Shown: positions 46,531 through 55,481, counted from the stretch's first letter. The stretch is DNA of 58,539 nt from a virus (IMGVR_UViG_3300032132_000009:1-58539); one strand, 5' to 3'. Made by a program: numbers and translations. Notes: generated by a model from the sequence alone, not told the origin.

Positions 46531-47161
46531 TGTGTATACCTTTTAAATAACTAAGAATTGTCATAGGTCCGATACGCTTTAGGTTATCCCAATGCACATC
46601 TATACCATACTGCATACAACCTTGTAACATGAGTTGTGTAACCCTACCATTCAAACCCACTAGGTTTGTACCCAAACCTTCACTAGCCCAACCTGGCATT
46701 ACAGGAACGACGACTACTTTGGAATTCCCCACAAACCCCTTTAGTGCGGATTGCACCCCTACTACAATCGTCCTGTGTCGTGGGGGCTGTTCCAACAGGG
46801 AAAAAACAGAATAATAATGCTTCGACATGCCCACAACCTGTAACTCCGGCGTAGGAGATCGTCGAAGGAATGACTGTAATCTTTTACGGGAAGTAGTATG
46901 CACCTTAGTTAACTTTTTCATATTGTTTGAGGACTGGCCCACAAAAGTAAAATTATAGGGGGACACTACATTGCTTGCTGGAACATATCCATGTTTAGCA
47001 GACATGATTACCCAATCAATGTCGTAACGTGTCTCCAGGGTTTCAACTCCTAGCTTGACAAACTTGTGGCCCAGCCCCCTATACAAATCTCTAGCGGGTG
47101 CAAGTTGCGTACCTTTGTCCTTAGTGCAATTAGTGACTACTCGTATTAACTTACCCATCAA
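46517..47161 (-). CDS. DUF6884/YaaA-like protein in the deazaguanine cluster
   Basis: Pattern VTNCTKDK...ARDLYRG...WVIMSAKHGYV...PYN. Confidence 0.55.
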   Translation of the reverse strand: MMGKLIRVVTNCTKDKGTQLAPARDLYRGLGHKFVKLGVETLETRYDIDWVIMSAKHGYVPASNVVSPYNFTFVGQSSNNMKKLTKVHTTSRKRLQSFLRRSPTPELQVVGMSKHYYSVFSLLEQPPRHRTIVVGVQSALKGFVGNSKVVVVPVMPGWASEGLGTNLVGLNGRVTQLMLQGCMQYGIDVHWDNLKRIGPMTILSYLKGIHNVQS

Positions 47162-47538
47162 ATCTGCCTCTGTACCACTGCACCTGCTGTACCATCCTCA
47201 GTGACTTCACACGTATCAAGATGAAACTGCTTTAATAGCCACATAGCTAAGGCCGCACACGACGAATTTCCCAGATCAGGCAACCCCGACGTAGTTTCCC
47301 GGAAATTATCGATAAACCATTCCCTAATTTGATGTCTAATAGCTTGAGGCCACGCCTCGCGCTCTGAATGCTTAACTGATCTCATACATTTGATATGAAA
47401 TGTATGCATGTGAGGAAATCTCTCCTGAATACACCCAGGCGGGGCGTCCTCCGCACAATGCTGTGCCTCCACTGTAATATTACAAACGGCTGCAATCACT
47501 GGAGGGTATTCGTCACTATTTGCATGGAAATTGTTCAT
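47158..47538 (-). CDS. Second, divergent QueD-like (T-fold) protein
   Basis: PHMHTFHI...H.ERE...SC..LA...EVTEDG.AGA matches the short phage QueD-like family, with SCE changed to SCA. Confidence 0.5.
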   Translation of the reverse strand: MNNFHANSDEYPPVIAAVCNITVEAQHCAEDAPPGCIQERFPHMHTFHIKCMRSVKHSEREAWPQAIRHQIREWFIDNFRETTSGLPDLGNSSCAALAMWLLKQFHLDTCEVTEDGTAGAVVQRQI

Positions 47539-48281
47539 ATTAAATCTTCACTTCTATCTATAAGTTTGTTTAACTGCACGCGCCATCTAGCTTCTGACCA
47601 ATCTTGTCGGCGCATGTGCTCCACCACTTCCACCCATAAATCTTGAAGACCCCCTTTCTTCATACGTGATTTAAGATGAATTTGTTTACCCGTGTACCCC
47701 GCATACTGCCCAAACCGCCCTGGTGCTGTGCCCCATGACGATGAATCCACAGAATCGAATGGCACTGTTTCAACTGCTCGCCTACTCGCCATTCCAAATC
47801 CATGAAACTTAACAGGTTCCTTTTTCCAACTTCGCGCAAACACAGCTTTCAACCACTTGGGACGAGTCTTAATCTTTGATCCCAATCCCACCTTTTCAGA
47901 GTTCTCGCAGCACCAATCAAGGTACTCTAATGGTTCCTGATGATGATACACTGGCATCGCATTGATACCCGCCGCCCACATTATCTCCGCGTTCCGTTTG
48001 GAAATTTTCCACGACGTTAAATCGTCTAAGGACACTATTTCACACGCATCCACACTCCGACACGCATTGATGTATTCGTAGACACTAATGGTCTTTCCCG
48101 AATTGTACACGGAAAATGCACCCGAATCTAACATCCACTTTTCGATATTGAACTTCTTACGCTCACGCATAAAAGTATCCAATAGCGGATATGCTACTAA
48201 TAAATTAACTGGACGATCATTGAGATGCCGACGTAATGTCTCTGATCCCGCAGTGGTGTACGCAAGGTAAACTGTACTCAT
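47535..48281 (-). CDS. dpdA: DpdA-like DNA guanine transglycosylase (TGT fold)
   Basis: MLDSGAFS, SLDD, MPVYH, VGLG, FHGFG and PFDSVDSSSW; adjacent to queCDE/folE. ATG at 48281. Confidence 0.8.
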   Translation of the reverse strand: MSTVYLAYTTAGSETLRRHLNDRPVNLLVAYPLLDTFMRERKKFNIEKWMLDSGAFSVYNSGKTISVYEYINACRSVDACEIVSLDDLTSWKISKRNAEIMWAAGINAMPVYHHQEPLEYLDWCCENSEKVGLGSKIKTRPKWLKAVFARSWKKEPVKFHGFGMASRRAVETVPFDSVDSSSWGTAPGRFGQYAGYTGKQIHLKSRMKKGGLQDLWVEVVEHMRRQDWSEARWRVQLNKLIDRSEDLI

Positions 48282-48290
48282 GGTGTATCC

Positions 48291-48306
48291 GTGCAAGCAC
48301 TTGCAC
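48291..48306. repeat. Dispersed palindrome copy 21 (overlaps ParB-like TAG stop, central CA variant)
   Basis: GTGCAAGCACTTGCAC. Confidence 0.85.
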
Positions 48307-48974
48307 TAATCCTCGTCTGCAAACGAACTAATGTACTTAGAACATACAATAGTCAAAATTTCAGCAGGTGTTTGTCCCGCATCTTCCGCAACGGCTCTAA
48401 AGTTAGCCAAGGCTTCATCCACAATGGTTTTCTGTGGTACGGAAAACTGTACCACCATACCTCGGGCTTCCAAATCACTGCCCGGCGTGGAGGGTTCGTC
48501 TGTATCGAATTCTTCATCCTCAAACCCAGCCCCCATATCCATCTCAGAGTCCAGCAAAGGCGTAAGCTCATGCTCCGGAAACCCCGTAAGATGCAATAAC
48601 TCTTCATCCGTATCTTGCAACTCTCGTAAAGTCACAATTAGTTTCTCATAATCAAACTCTGAGTTACGTGGCGTTTTATTCAGCGTGATTCCTAACGCTT
48701 TTAGCTGGTCTGGCGTACCCCGCACCGGCCAGACCATAACTTTCGTCCAACCATTTTTCTTCATTATGCGAAGGCGACCATTACCTCCAATCACAGTATT
48801 GGTATCCGCGTCTACTATGAGAGTTTCAAGCTGATTAAACTTGTTAAGACTAGCTTCAGTGGCGTCCAAATCTTGGTCCGAATGCATGTTAACATTGTCC
48901 GGATCTTCCATTAAATCGTCAACATTCATCTCTTTAATATCAAGGCGTTCAAAACCTTCCAACATGTCAACCAT
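48306..48974 (-). CDS. ParB/Srx N-terminal-domain protein with acidic linker and small C-terminal domain
   Basis: VDDLMEDPDNVNMH, SLNKF, LIVD...VIGGNGRL (GxxR) and LN; start 48974 or 48965. Confidence 0.8.
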   Translation of the reverse strand: MVDMLEGFERLDIKEMNVDDLMEDPDNVNMHSDQDLDATEASLNKFNQLETLIVDADTNTVIGGNGRLRIMKKNGWTKVMVWPVRGTPDQLKALGITLNKTPRNSEFDYEKLIVTLRELQDTDEELLHLTGFPEHELTPLLDSEMDMGAGFEDEEFDTDEPSTPGSDLEARGMVVQFSVPQKTIVDEALANFRAVAEDAGQTPAEILTIVCSKYISSFADED

Positions 48975-49419
48975 CGAGTGTCCCTTTGTATTCAAGCGTA
49001 GACTCAAGTAAAATATTTACACATGCTTCTAAGCATTTGGATTGTACACTGGAATTCTCATCAAACAGAGTAGCAATTGCATCAAACCCACAACCTTGTG
49101 CGAATTTTACCAACCGCAAAACCTCAAGCCACTCCACGTATTGCTCACACGTTTGAAGGTATACAGATGGCAACCTAAATAGTGCCTTTGCAAGTGGAGC
49201 GTGCCCAGGAATACATATTACAACTTCGTGTACTATGGAAAGACCCGTAGTCACCCAATCCGCAAAATCTACAACAGTGTCACCTCGCCTCCAAAAATGT
49301 GGAGGGTCCGCAGGCGCACCGTAGTATTCTGGGCCTAAATGCCAAAATGAGCTGTCTTCTTTCAAAGCCTGCTTCACTACACTCTTGCACACCTTACCGC
49401 TGCCAAGTATCAACTTCAT
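48967..49419 (-). CDS. Hypothetical protein
   Basis: 150-aa ORF coupled to its neighbours. Confidence 0.55.
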   Translation of the reverse strand: MKLILGSGKVCKSVVKQALKEDSSFWHLGPEYYGAPADPPHFWRRGDTVVDFADWVTTGLSIVHEVVICIPGHAPLAKALFRLPSVYLQTCEQYVEWLEVLRLVKFAQGCGFDAIATLFDENSSVQSKCLEACVNILLESTLEYKGTLDG

Positions 49420-49805
49420 AGCGTAGTTCCGTTAGGTGTAATCAATTTACTACTTTGCTCTGTTTTTGCTTCTTTATGTGCCGCTACTGATTCATCTACA
49501 AACTTGTCCATACGAGTTTGAGCAAGTTTAAGAATTTCAGTAATCTGTTCGTCACCTTCCGTCGCCATCCCCATTGACTGTAAACTTAGTGCCGTATTCA
49601 TCACCAATAACTCTATCTTCAAAGACATTAATTCCGCTTGAATTCTTGCAATTTGCATTACAATCCAGTCGGGGGCTACATTGGGTCGCCCATTCCCTTG
49701 CATGGCTACAGTCGTAGGCGTCACAATCGGCAACAACTTGTTCACGCCTTCCCGAACCATGTCCTGGTATGCGTCAGACTCAGTGATGTCAAAGGCTTCA
49801 ACCAT
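49416..49805 (-). CDS. Hypothetical protein
   Basis: 129 aa, helical, C-terminal SKLITP. Confidence 0.6.
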   Translation of the reverse strand: MVEAFDITESDAYQDMVREGVNKLLPIVTPTTVAMQGNGRPNVAPDWIVMQIARIQAELMSLKIELLVMNTALSLQSMGMATEGDEQITEILKLAQTRMDKFVDESVAAHKEAKTEQSSKLITPNGTTL

Positions 49806-49806
49806 G

Positions 49807-50097
49807 TCAAATACTTCCCTTCATTTGCGCACTTATGTTGGACTTAACTTTGCTCGATAACTTACGTAACCACTCTTCGCCTTTGTCCTCTGCATGTCGC
49901 TCCCGCTCGTCAATTACTGAAGTTTCCATTTCAGCTTTTATGCATTTTCTAAGTTTGTTTAAGCTGGCATAGACTTTAAAACCCAAAGGAGTCGTTCCAA
50001 ATTTAATCATGGATGGAAACTGTGCGTCATCCACTTCAGTACACTGCTGAACAGCTTCAACTAAGCCTTCCACTGCTGAGTCCAAATTGTTGCTCAT
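49807..50097 (-). CDS. Hypothetical protein
   Basis: 96 aa with GAGGAG RBS. Confidence 0.6.
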   Translation of the reverse strand: MSNNLDSAVEGLVEAVQQCTEVDDAQFPSMIKFGTTPLGFKVYASLNKLRKCIKAEMETSVIDERERHAEDKGEEWLRKLSSKVKSNISAQMKGSI

Positions 50098-50109
50098 CTA
50101 TTAACTCCT

Positions 50110-50811
50110 CTACGAACCGTGTGTAGCATGTGCAAGCGCTTGCACGCTTTTCACAATGTTAGGGACGCAATATGTGTATACGGCTCGTTTCAAGTCGTCT
50201 AACGTACCCGTATTATCTACCACGCAATTTGGTTTGTCAATGTCCAATAGGCCATCCAACGCTTTTTTTTCAGTTCGCCCCGAGTCTCCTATTACTTTTA
50301 CGTAAAATGGTTCAAACTTCGAAGTTAACGCATCCCACTCTTCCGGCAATCGCATATCAGTGATCACGGGAACATGTACACTAATCCCCACATCCATACG
50401 TCCTTCAGTAGTTTTGGTATACAGTTTGGACACATCACTCTCTATTTTTCTCATAGCTAGTCTTACGCCAGCTTCAGGATGAATGCCCGTAAAAAACTTA
50501 CCTAAGTCCACCCATAAGTCCACGACAGACTCATAGCCCAACTTAGGTAACTTAAATTTACGTAACGCGGGGTTTCGCTCATACGAGTCTGATGAATGCA
50601 CCCCTGCAAATCCATACAAACGATGAGCAATATCTTTAACATACGTAGAAAATTTGTATCCTTTACAAGTAATATGCACATCGCCGTAGTTAGGATGCAT
50701 TTTGAAACAAGCTACCACCTGTTTACAAATAGCATCTTTACCCGCACGAGACTCATTAGAATAAATCACAACGGGATAAACAATCGCACCTCGTTTAAGT
50801 CCCTTCAACAT
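50110..50811 (-). CDS. Deoxynucleoside monophosphate kinase
   Basis: P-loop SRAGKD, FSTYVKD, VITDMRLPEE and DNTGTLDDL. Confidence 0.8.
   Translation of the reverse strand: MLKGLKRGAIVYPVVIYSNESRAGKDAICKQVVACFKMHPNYGDVHITCKGYKFSTYVKDIAHRLYGFAGVHSSDSYERNPALRKFKLPKLGYESVVDLWVDLGKFFTGIHPEAGVRLAMRKIESDVSKLYTKTTEGRMDVGISVHVPVITDMRLPEEWDALTSKFEPFYVKVIGDSGRTEKKALDGLLDIDKPNCVVDNTGTLDDLKRAVYTYCVPNIVKSVQALAHATHGS
50130..50145. repeat. Dispersed palindrome copy 22 (3' end of dNMP kinase gene)
   Basis: Perfect; encodes VQALAH. Confidence 0.92.
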
Positions 50812-51334
50812 ACTTGGTCACTCCCGGAATTTGATCTTCCAATGAAAACGCATTCAATACTTCATCGTTAGACCACACAGAAATCAACTCCAGCAGCTCT
50901 GTATGAATTTTATCGTAATGCTCTTTGAGTTTCAACATCTTTTTACTGAGACCCACCAATGGAAGTTTGGCTTGCGCGTCTTCTTTTGACTTGGCATACA
51001 TTTCTTTCAATCGAATCGAACTAGAATCAGTTTTGCTTTCCAGCGAAATCAATCGGGTGTCCAACTTGGAAATCTGCGTTTCCAACGCTTGTTTTTGAAC
51101 TTCTACTTCATCTGCGTCCACACCGACAACATCTTCAAGTCGAATATGCTTTTCCGTTACTCTTAACTCTGCAACACACGTAATTATACGTGTAAGCATA
51201 TCCTCAAGTTCAGGGTGCTCTCGCAAAGATAACGCCAACTCAAGCAACGCTTCTTGGGCTTTTTGCTTTTTGAGATGTGCTTTAAGCTCGTCCGTTGTTG
51301 CGGTTCTGAAATCAAGTTGTTTACGTTTTGCCAT
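50795..51334 (-). CDS. Coiled-coil hypothetical protein
   Basis: 179 aa, K/E/L-rich heptads. Confidence 0.6.
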   Translation of the reverse strand: MAKRKQLDFRTATTDELKAHLKKQKAQEALLELALSLREHPELEDMLTRIITCVAELRVTEKHIRLEDVVGVDADEVEVQKQALETQISKLDTRLISLESKTDSSSIRLKEMYAKSKEDAQAKLPLVGLSKKMLKLKEHYDKIHTELLELISVWSNDEVLNAFSLEDQIPGVTKYVEGT

Positions 51335-51346
51335 TTTACTTTTTCC

Positions 51347-51826
51347 TTACTGAAAAATAGTAACCATTCCACGTTGCACTTGCCGTAACAAGCATTCCTT
51401 ATTAAATCTGTACCACTTTCGAGCATCGCCATATTTATCAACTTGAGTTTGATACTTAAACTGCATACTTTTATCCTCCGGAGGGTCCCACTCCACAGGA
51501 GTTATTACAGGATAACTAACTTCGCAATTAAATGCAAACACTGCCAACGGTTCTTCACACGCAAATTGGGTGTCTTCTTTGATATACTCAGGAACATTAG
51601 GAGTGTTAGGTTTTAAAATCAAACCCGTGGCATGGTCGTCATCCCGATAAAAGAAAATACCCAAATTTCGTAAATGCTGTAAAGCTGCATCCGACGCCTT
51701 AGTTTTCTCTGAATTATCCCCAAAGTAATAAGGATCATACGGAAGATAAAACTTCCGTCGAAGCTCCTGATCCCACGAGATTAAGGAATACATCTGGATA
51801 GATTTCCTGCTGTCCGAAGAGTTCAT
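51347..51826 (-). CDS. Hypothetical protein
   Basis: 159-aa ORF within the operon. Confidence 0.55.
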   Translation of the reverse strand: MNSSDSRKSIQMYSLISWDQELRRKFYLPYDPYYFGDNSEKTKASDAALQHLRNLGIFFYRDDDHATGLILKPNTPNVPEYIKEDTQFACEEPLAVFAFNCEVSYPVITPVEWDPPEDKSMQFKYQTQVDKYGDARKWYRFNKECLLRQVQRGMVTIFQ

Positions 51827-52181
51827 GCTGCTTTAGCTCCTGACTTGATATAGTTACTTCATTAACTTTTCGTTTTATCCGCGCCCTAAGATCATTGTAT
51901 TCCGTGATTCTCTTGTAATTGACAAGCTGAGTCGGTTCCGACATACGAACCGAATCCTCCAAACGCCATAACTCAGCATGGATAACCATCAACCATCTAT
52001 GAGCGTCGTACACTAGCCTAGTCCACTTTAAATCCTTCAACGATTCCCATAGCGTCAAAACGTGAGCACCTTGCTTAACCACGTCTTCCACTGAGCCACT
52101 GCTCAAAATCGCACGGTATCGAACCTCCTCAATACACAATCTGTCGATAATTTCACCGTAACTAACGTCCATAGTAGGCAT
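51735..52181 (-). CDS. DUF6165-like protein
   Basis: VSYGEIIDRL.I...LWRLEDSVR...NDLRARIKRKVN. Confidence 0.65.
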   Translation of the reverse strand: MPTMDVSYGEIIDRLCIEEVRYRAILSSGSVEDVVKQGAHVLTLWESLKDLKWTRLVYDAHRWLMVIHAELWRLEDSVRMSEPTQLVNYKRITEYNDLRARIKRKVNEVTISSQELKQHELFGQQEIYPDVFLNLVGSGASTEVLSSV

Positions 52182-52183
52182 GT

Positions 52184-52753
52184 CTACCTCGAATATCCAA
52201 AATTGTCCAATAATACTTTTCTCAACTGCTCACCCCGATTTGCATCCAAGGTACGAGCAACACTTACATAATACGAAGAATCCACTTCAAGTTTATTGCA
52301 CATATCTTGGATTTGCAACTCCACTCCTAACGCCATGTCAATCCAAGATTCCTCAGTACGTAATCGAAGCAGTAAAGTTTTGAGTGTAGCTTCTTTTGAA
52401 TTACCTAAATACTTTACTAACAAGTTATGACTACGTTCCGCCGACTTCACATACTTCTGCATGAGATTAGCCAAAACACTACGTAATGACTTAAATCGTC
52501 TATCTTCCCGCAACTTTAAGTGTGCCTCTGTTTGCTTGATGTCCCTCTGTATTGACTCCAATCGCCGTTGTAACTCTGAGTTGTCAACCACACTTGACAT
52601 AGTTACCGTGTCTAGCACACGATACACTACTTTGTCACGCCGAACTCTTTGAATATGAAATTTTATCCTATCACGTTTACTCCTCTTTTGTAGTTTGTTT
52701 AGTAATGGTTCGTTTGCGTAGTAAGGTAAGTTTGTCTCCATTCGTGTCCTCAA
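52184..52753 (-). CDS. Hypothetical basic coiled-coil protein
   Basis: 189-aa ORF coupled to the exonuclease gene. Confidence 0.55.
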   Translation of the reverse strand: MRTRMETNLPYYANEPLLNKLQKRSKRDRIKFHIQRVRRDKVVYRVLDTVTMSSVVDNSELQRRLESIQRDIKQTEAHLKLREDRRFKSLRSVLANLMQKYVKSAERSHNLLVKYLGNSKEATLKTLLLRLRTEESWIDMALGVELQIQDMCNKLEVDSSYYVSVARTLDANRGEQLRKVLLDNFGYSR

Positions 52754-53328
52754 AATTCGTACAACTCGAACTCTTCATCCACTTCAGCGTCGTTTACCTC
52801 CTGTTCCCGTAAAGCATGAAACACCTGTAAAGTTTTTTGGCAATCGTCTAATGCCCGATGACCTGGGGGAGTCAAGTGCAAGCGCTTGCACACTGCCGAT
52901 AGGCTCCACGGCGAATTTTGTTCAGCATACGTTTCTTGCCATACCGTAGCTAAGTCTAAATGTCGGTTTGAATGCCGAAAATCGCACCCTGTATATCCAC
53001 ATTGATATCGTAGTAACACTGGATCAATCGCAGACCAACTGGCTATCGTCGTCTTTCTTGCGAAATCCGCGAATTCGTCGTACACTTCGGTCCACTTGGG
53101 AGCTATTTCTAATTCACTTTTATCGATTTGTGTAATTGCTTCTATTTTCGGAGTGTAGTCTTCCCAATGCAACGGGTACACTAAACTGGAATACTTTCCT
53201 GCAGGTTCCCCATTTTTAGTTACCCTTAGCGCGCCTAACTCCAAAATACTTGGCATCCCATGCCTAGAATACGCAACGGGTTGGTCGCCATACTCTAAGT
53301 CAAAAATAATAATATCCGTTTTGAACAT
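52750..53328 (-). CDS. DEDDh 3'-5' exonuclease
   Basis: IIFDLE, ILELGA, D and HRALDD motifs. Confidence 0.88.
   Translation of the reverse strand: MFKTDIIIFDLEYGDQPVAYSRHGMPSILELGALRVTKNGEPAGKYSSLVYPLHWEDYTPKIEAITQIDKSELEIAPKWTEVYDEFADFARKTTIASWSAIDPVLLRYQCGYTGCDFRHSNRHLDLATVWQETYAEQNSPWSLSAVCKRLHLTPPGHRALDDCQKTLQVFHALREQEVNDAEVDEEFELYEF
52876..52891. repeat. Dispersed palindrome copy 23 (in exonuclease gene)
   Basis: Perfect; encodes CKRLH. Confidence 0.92.
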
Positions 53329-53861
53329 CAGCGAACCTTGGTATTGAATCCAATGTGACCTTCAAAATGAACCATGTTCGGCTTTTCAAATCCTATCAGT
53401 GCGTAGTCCAGTATCTTAAACTTCCCCCAATCATCTGTCACCAACGCGAATATCAGCTCTTGACGCAATGCTCCATCTGTGTGTGCCAGCACATCTCGGT
53501 CAAATACTAACTTAACCTTGAATGGCACTTTTTTAAATTTCCGAATAATGGAAATAACTGTCTTAGGCGATCTAATTTTAGTGAATTCGTTTTCTGCCAC
53601 TAAACTATACGACACTCGATCAGCCTTCGCCAATCGAGTGCTTTCGTTTGTGTTAGATACAGACTTAAACGCTAAAGGCTTAGGTACGGGTTTACTAGGT
53701 GCCCAAGATGTAACTTCTAACACCTCACCTGTATTCAACTCCAACGTCAATCCTGTGTCTTTGTCAGTTGTAGTTCCTGCGTATTCATACTTCTGTTCAT
53801 TGTACTTAAAATACATAAACTTAGTCACATCCCTACTCCCCATATTGAGTGCCGATAGCAC
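53328..53861 (-). CDS. Hypothetical protein
   Basis: 177-aa ORF; start may be the ATG of MGSRD. Confidence 0.55.
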   Translation of the reverse strand: MLSALNMGSRDVTKFMYFKYNEQKYEYAGTTTDKDTGLTLELNTGEVLEVTSWAPSKPVPKPLAFKSVSNTNESTRLAKADRVSYSLVAENEFTKIRSPKTVISIIRKFKKVPFKVKLVFDRDVLAHTDGALRQELIFALVTDDWGKFKILDYALIGFEKPNMVHFEGHIGFNTKVR

Positions 53862-53890
53862 ATCATAACAAGTACCTTAACTGATTGCAA
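53862..53890 (-). promoter_or_regulatory. Possible sigma70-type promoter
   Basis: TTGCAA-17 nt-TATGAT with extended TG, in a short intergenic gap. Confidence 0.35.
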
Positions 53891-53906
53891 GCCCAATCGG
53901 ACTTTT

Positions 53907-54722
53907 CTACACAAATTGTGTAAAATATTCCAGCATCTCACTACACTCTATCCAAAACGGAGTTGTGGCAATAGTGACCCCTGGATACACACAGTTTACA
54001 TAATATTTGTATTTACTGTACACCCCTGGGCGTAACGCAGACATTACTCCATACTGCTTAGATTGAAACAATTTCATATACCAAGATATCGTAGTTTGTA
54101 TTGCATTCCACAAATGCAACGTCGTTAAAATAGGACTAGCGTGTGCAGTTAGTCCTTCCTGTGCAGGCACTACTTGGGTACGCTGATTCCATGCAATAAC
54201 CGTAGGTAGGTGTATGTACACACCTAACCAGCTTGGGAAGTGATAACGTAGAAGCAGCTCTGACATGTACTCCATAGGCATTTTGTCTTCTCTGCGAAAA
54301 CAAAAAGGTACGCCAGCTTTACTATAGGTAGCAGCCTGACTAATATCAGACGTTATCATTAATGCAACAGTGTCGTGCTTATTCCACTTGCGAAAAGAAG
54401 ATAGCTCGTCCGTTTGTGATATTTTAGAATATGCTCTAACTTTTTCGTCCCTATCGTCTACACAAGCCAGCAAATCAGTATCACCTTCAATGGCAACTAT
54501 CACAGGTCGAGTGTTACGTTGTCTGCACGTAGCTAAAGTGTCTTGCGACAACATAGTCTGCTGTGCAAACGCCGGATCTAGCTTTACAGGTAAAAATGAT
54601 CGTGCTTGAGTTTCCAGTGAGACTAAATAATTCCACGGCAACGCAGACTGATACGGATCAACGTACAGCGCATCACGTATGTTTCGAACTGAATTTTTAG
54701 CACGTAGTACAGTGCGGCTCAT
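53907..54722 (-). CDS. Hypothetical protein
   Basis: ORF track 53907..54797; ATG at 54722 (MSRTVL) follows the rnh stop. Confidence 0.55.
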   Translation of the reverse strand: MSRTVLRAKNSVRNIRDALYVDPYQSALPWNYLVSLETQARSFLPVKLDPAFAQQTMLSQDTLATCRQRNTRPVIVAIEGDTDLLACVDDRDEKVRAYSKISQTDELSSFRKWNKHDTVALMITSDISQAATYSKAGVPFCFRREDKMPMEYMSELLLRYHFPSWLGVYIHLPTVIAWNQRTQVVPAQEGLTAHASPILTTLHLWNAIQTTISWYMKLFQSKQYGVMSALRPGVYSKYKYYVNCVYPGVTIATTPFWIECSEMLEYFTQFV

Positions 54723-54729
54723 CTCCGAC

Positions 54730-55233
54730 TCACCACCCTGATTGTTGTTCACGTATCGAATCTGCCGCCGCTCTAGCGAGCTTGTCAACATGCTCATTCC
54801 AATAAAATCCTTGATGGCCTCTCACATGTTTGAACTGTAGCTCGCCTTCGAATGAGTCTACAGTTTCAAACAATTGAATCCAAATATCCTTATTCTTCAC
54901 CGGCCCTGCGCTACCTCTAAAGTCGCGCTGTTCCCAATTTTTTCGCCATTTAGTAATCCCGTCTATGACATATTTACTGTCTGTCACCAATGTTAAATCT
55001 TGGTCTACTCCATACACATCAGCTACGTACCGCATCCCTTCGTTAGCCGCAGCCATTTCCATTCTATTATTTGTGGTTTTTTTATACCCTCGTGCTGCGT
55101 CTTTCACGCAGTCACCACACTTATCTAGCAACTTGATTTGAAATGGATCAATCAACCCTTCCACAATCGCATACGCCCAGCCTCCAATACCGTTGGCAGT
55201 TAACGAACTCCCGTCGCTAAACACATATATCAC
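54730..55233 (-). CDS. rnhA: Ribonuclease HI
   Basis: VFSDGS, TTNNRME, TDSKYV..GI..W, VKNKDIW and HVRGHQG...NE.VD.LA. Confidence 0.95.
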   Translation of the reverse strand: MIYVFSDGSSLTANGIGGWAYAIVEGLIDPFQIKLLDKCGDCVKDAARGYKKTTNNRMEMAAANEGMRYVADVYGVDQDLTLVTDSKYVIDGITKWRKNWEQRDFRGSAGPVKNKDIWIQLFETVDSFEGELQFKHVRGHQGFYWNEHVDKLARAAADSIREQQSGW

Positions 55234-55481
55234 TTCGGCGGTCCTCCATAACCCTTAGCATCTTTTGGATGATGCAGCGGAATACCATGTTCTGCTCGAA
55301 GACGCATAACATTAGCCTTGGCCGAACTGCCCGGTAATGCATCTGTAGGTTCGAGCATTCCAAACGATTTACGATATCCCGCACCTTTACATACTTTGCA
55401 AAATTTCTTACTGTATTTACTTCTCCGCTCCAAACCATATCCAGTACCTTCACATGCCTTACACATATCTTGGCGCAACAT
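55230..55481 (-). CDS. Small DnaJ-type zinc-finger protein with a PTxALPGS...HPxD tail
   Basis: CKACEGTG and CKVCKGAG, plus PTDALPGSSAKANVMRLRAEHGIPLHHPKD. ATG at 55481 with GAGGT RBS. Confidence 0.65.
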   Translation of the reverse strand: MLRQDMCKACEGTGYGLERRSKYSKKFCKVCKGAGYRKSFGMLEPTDALPGSSAKANVMRLRAEHGIPLHHPKDAKGYGGPPK

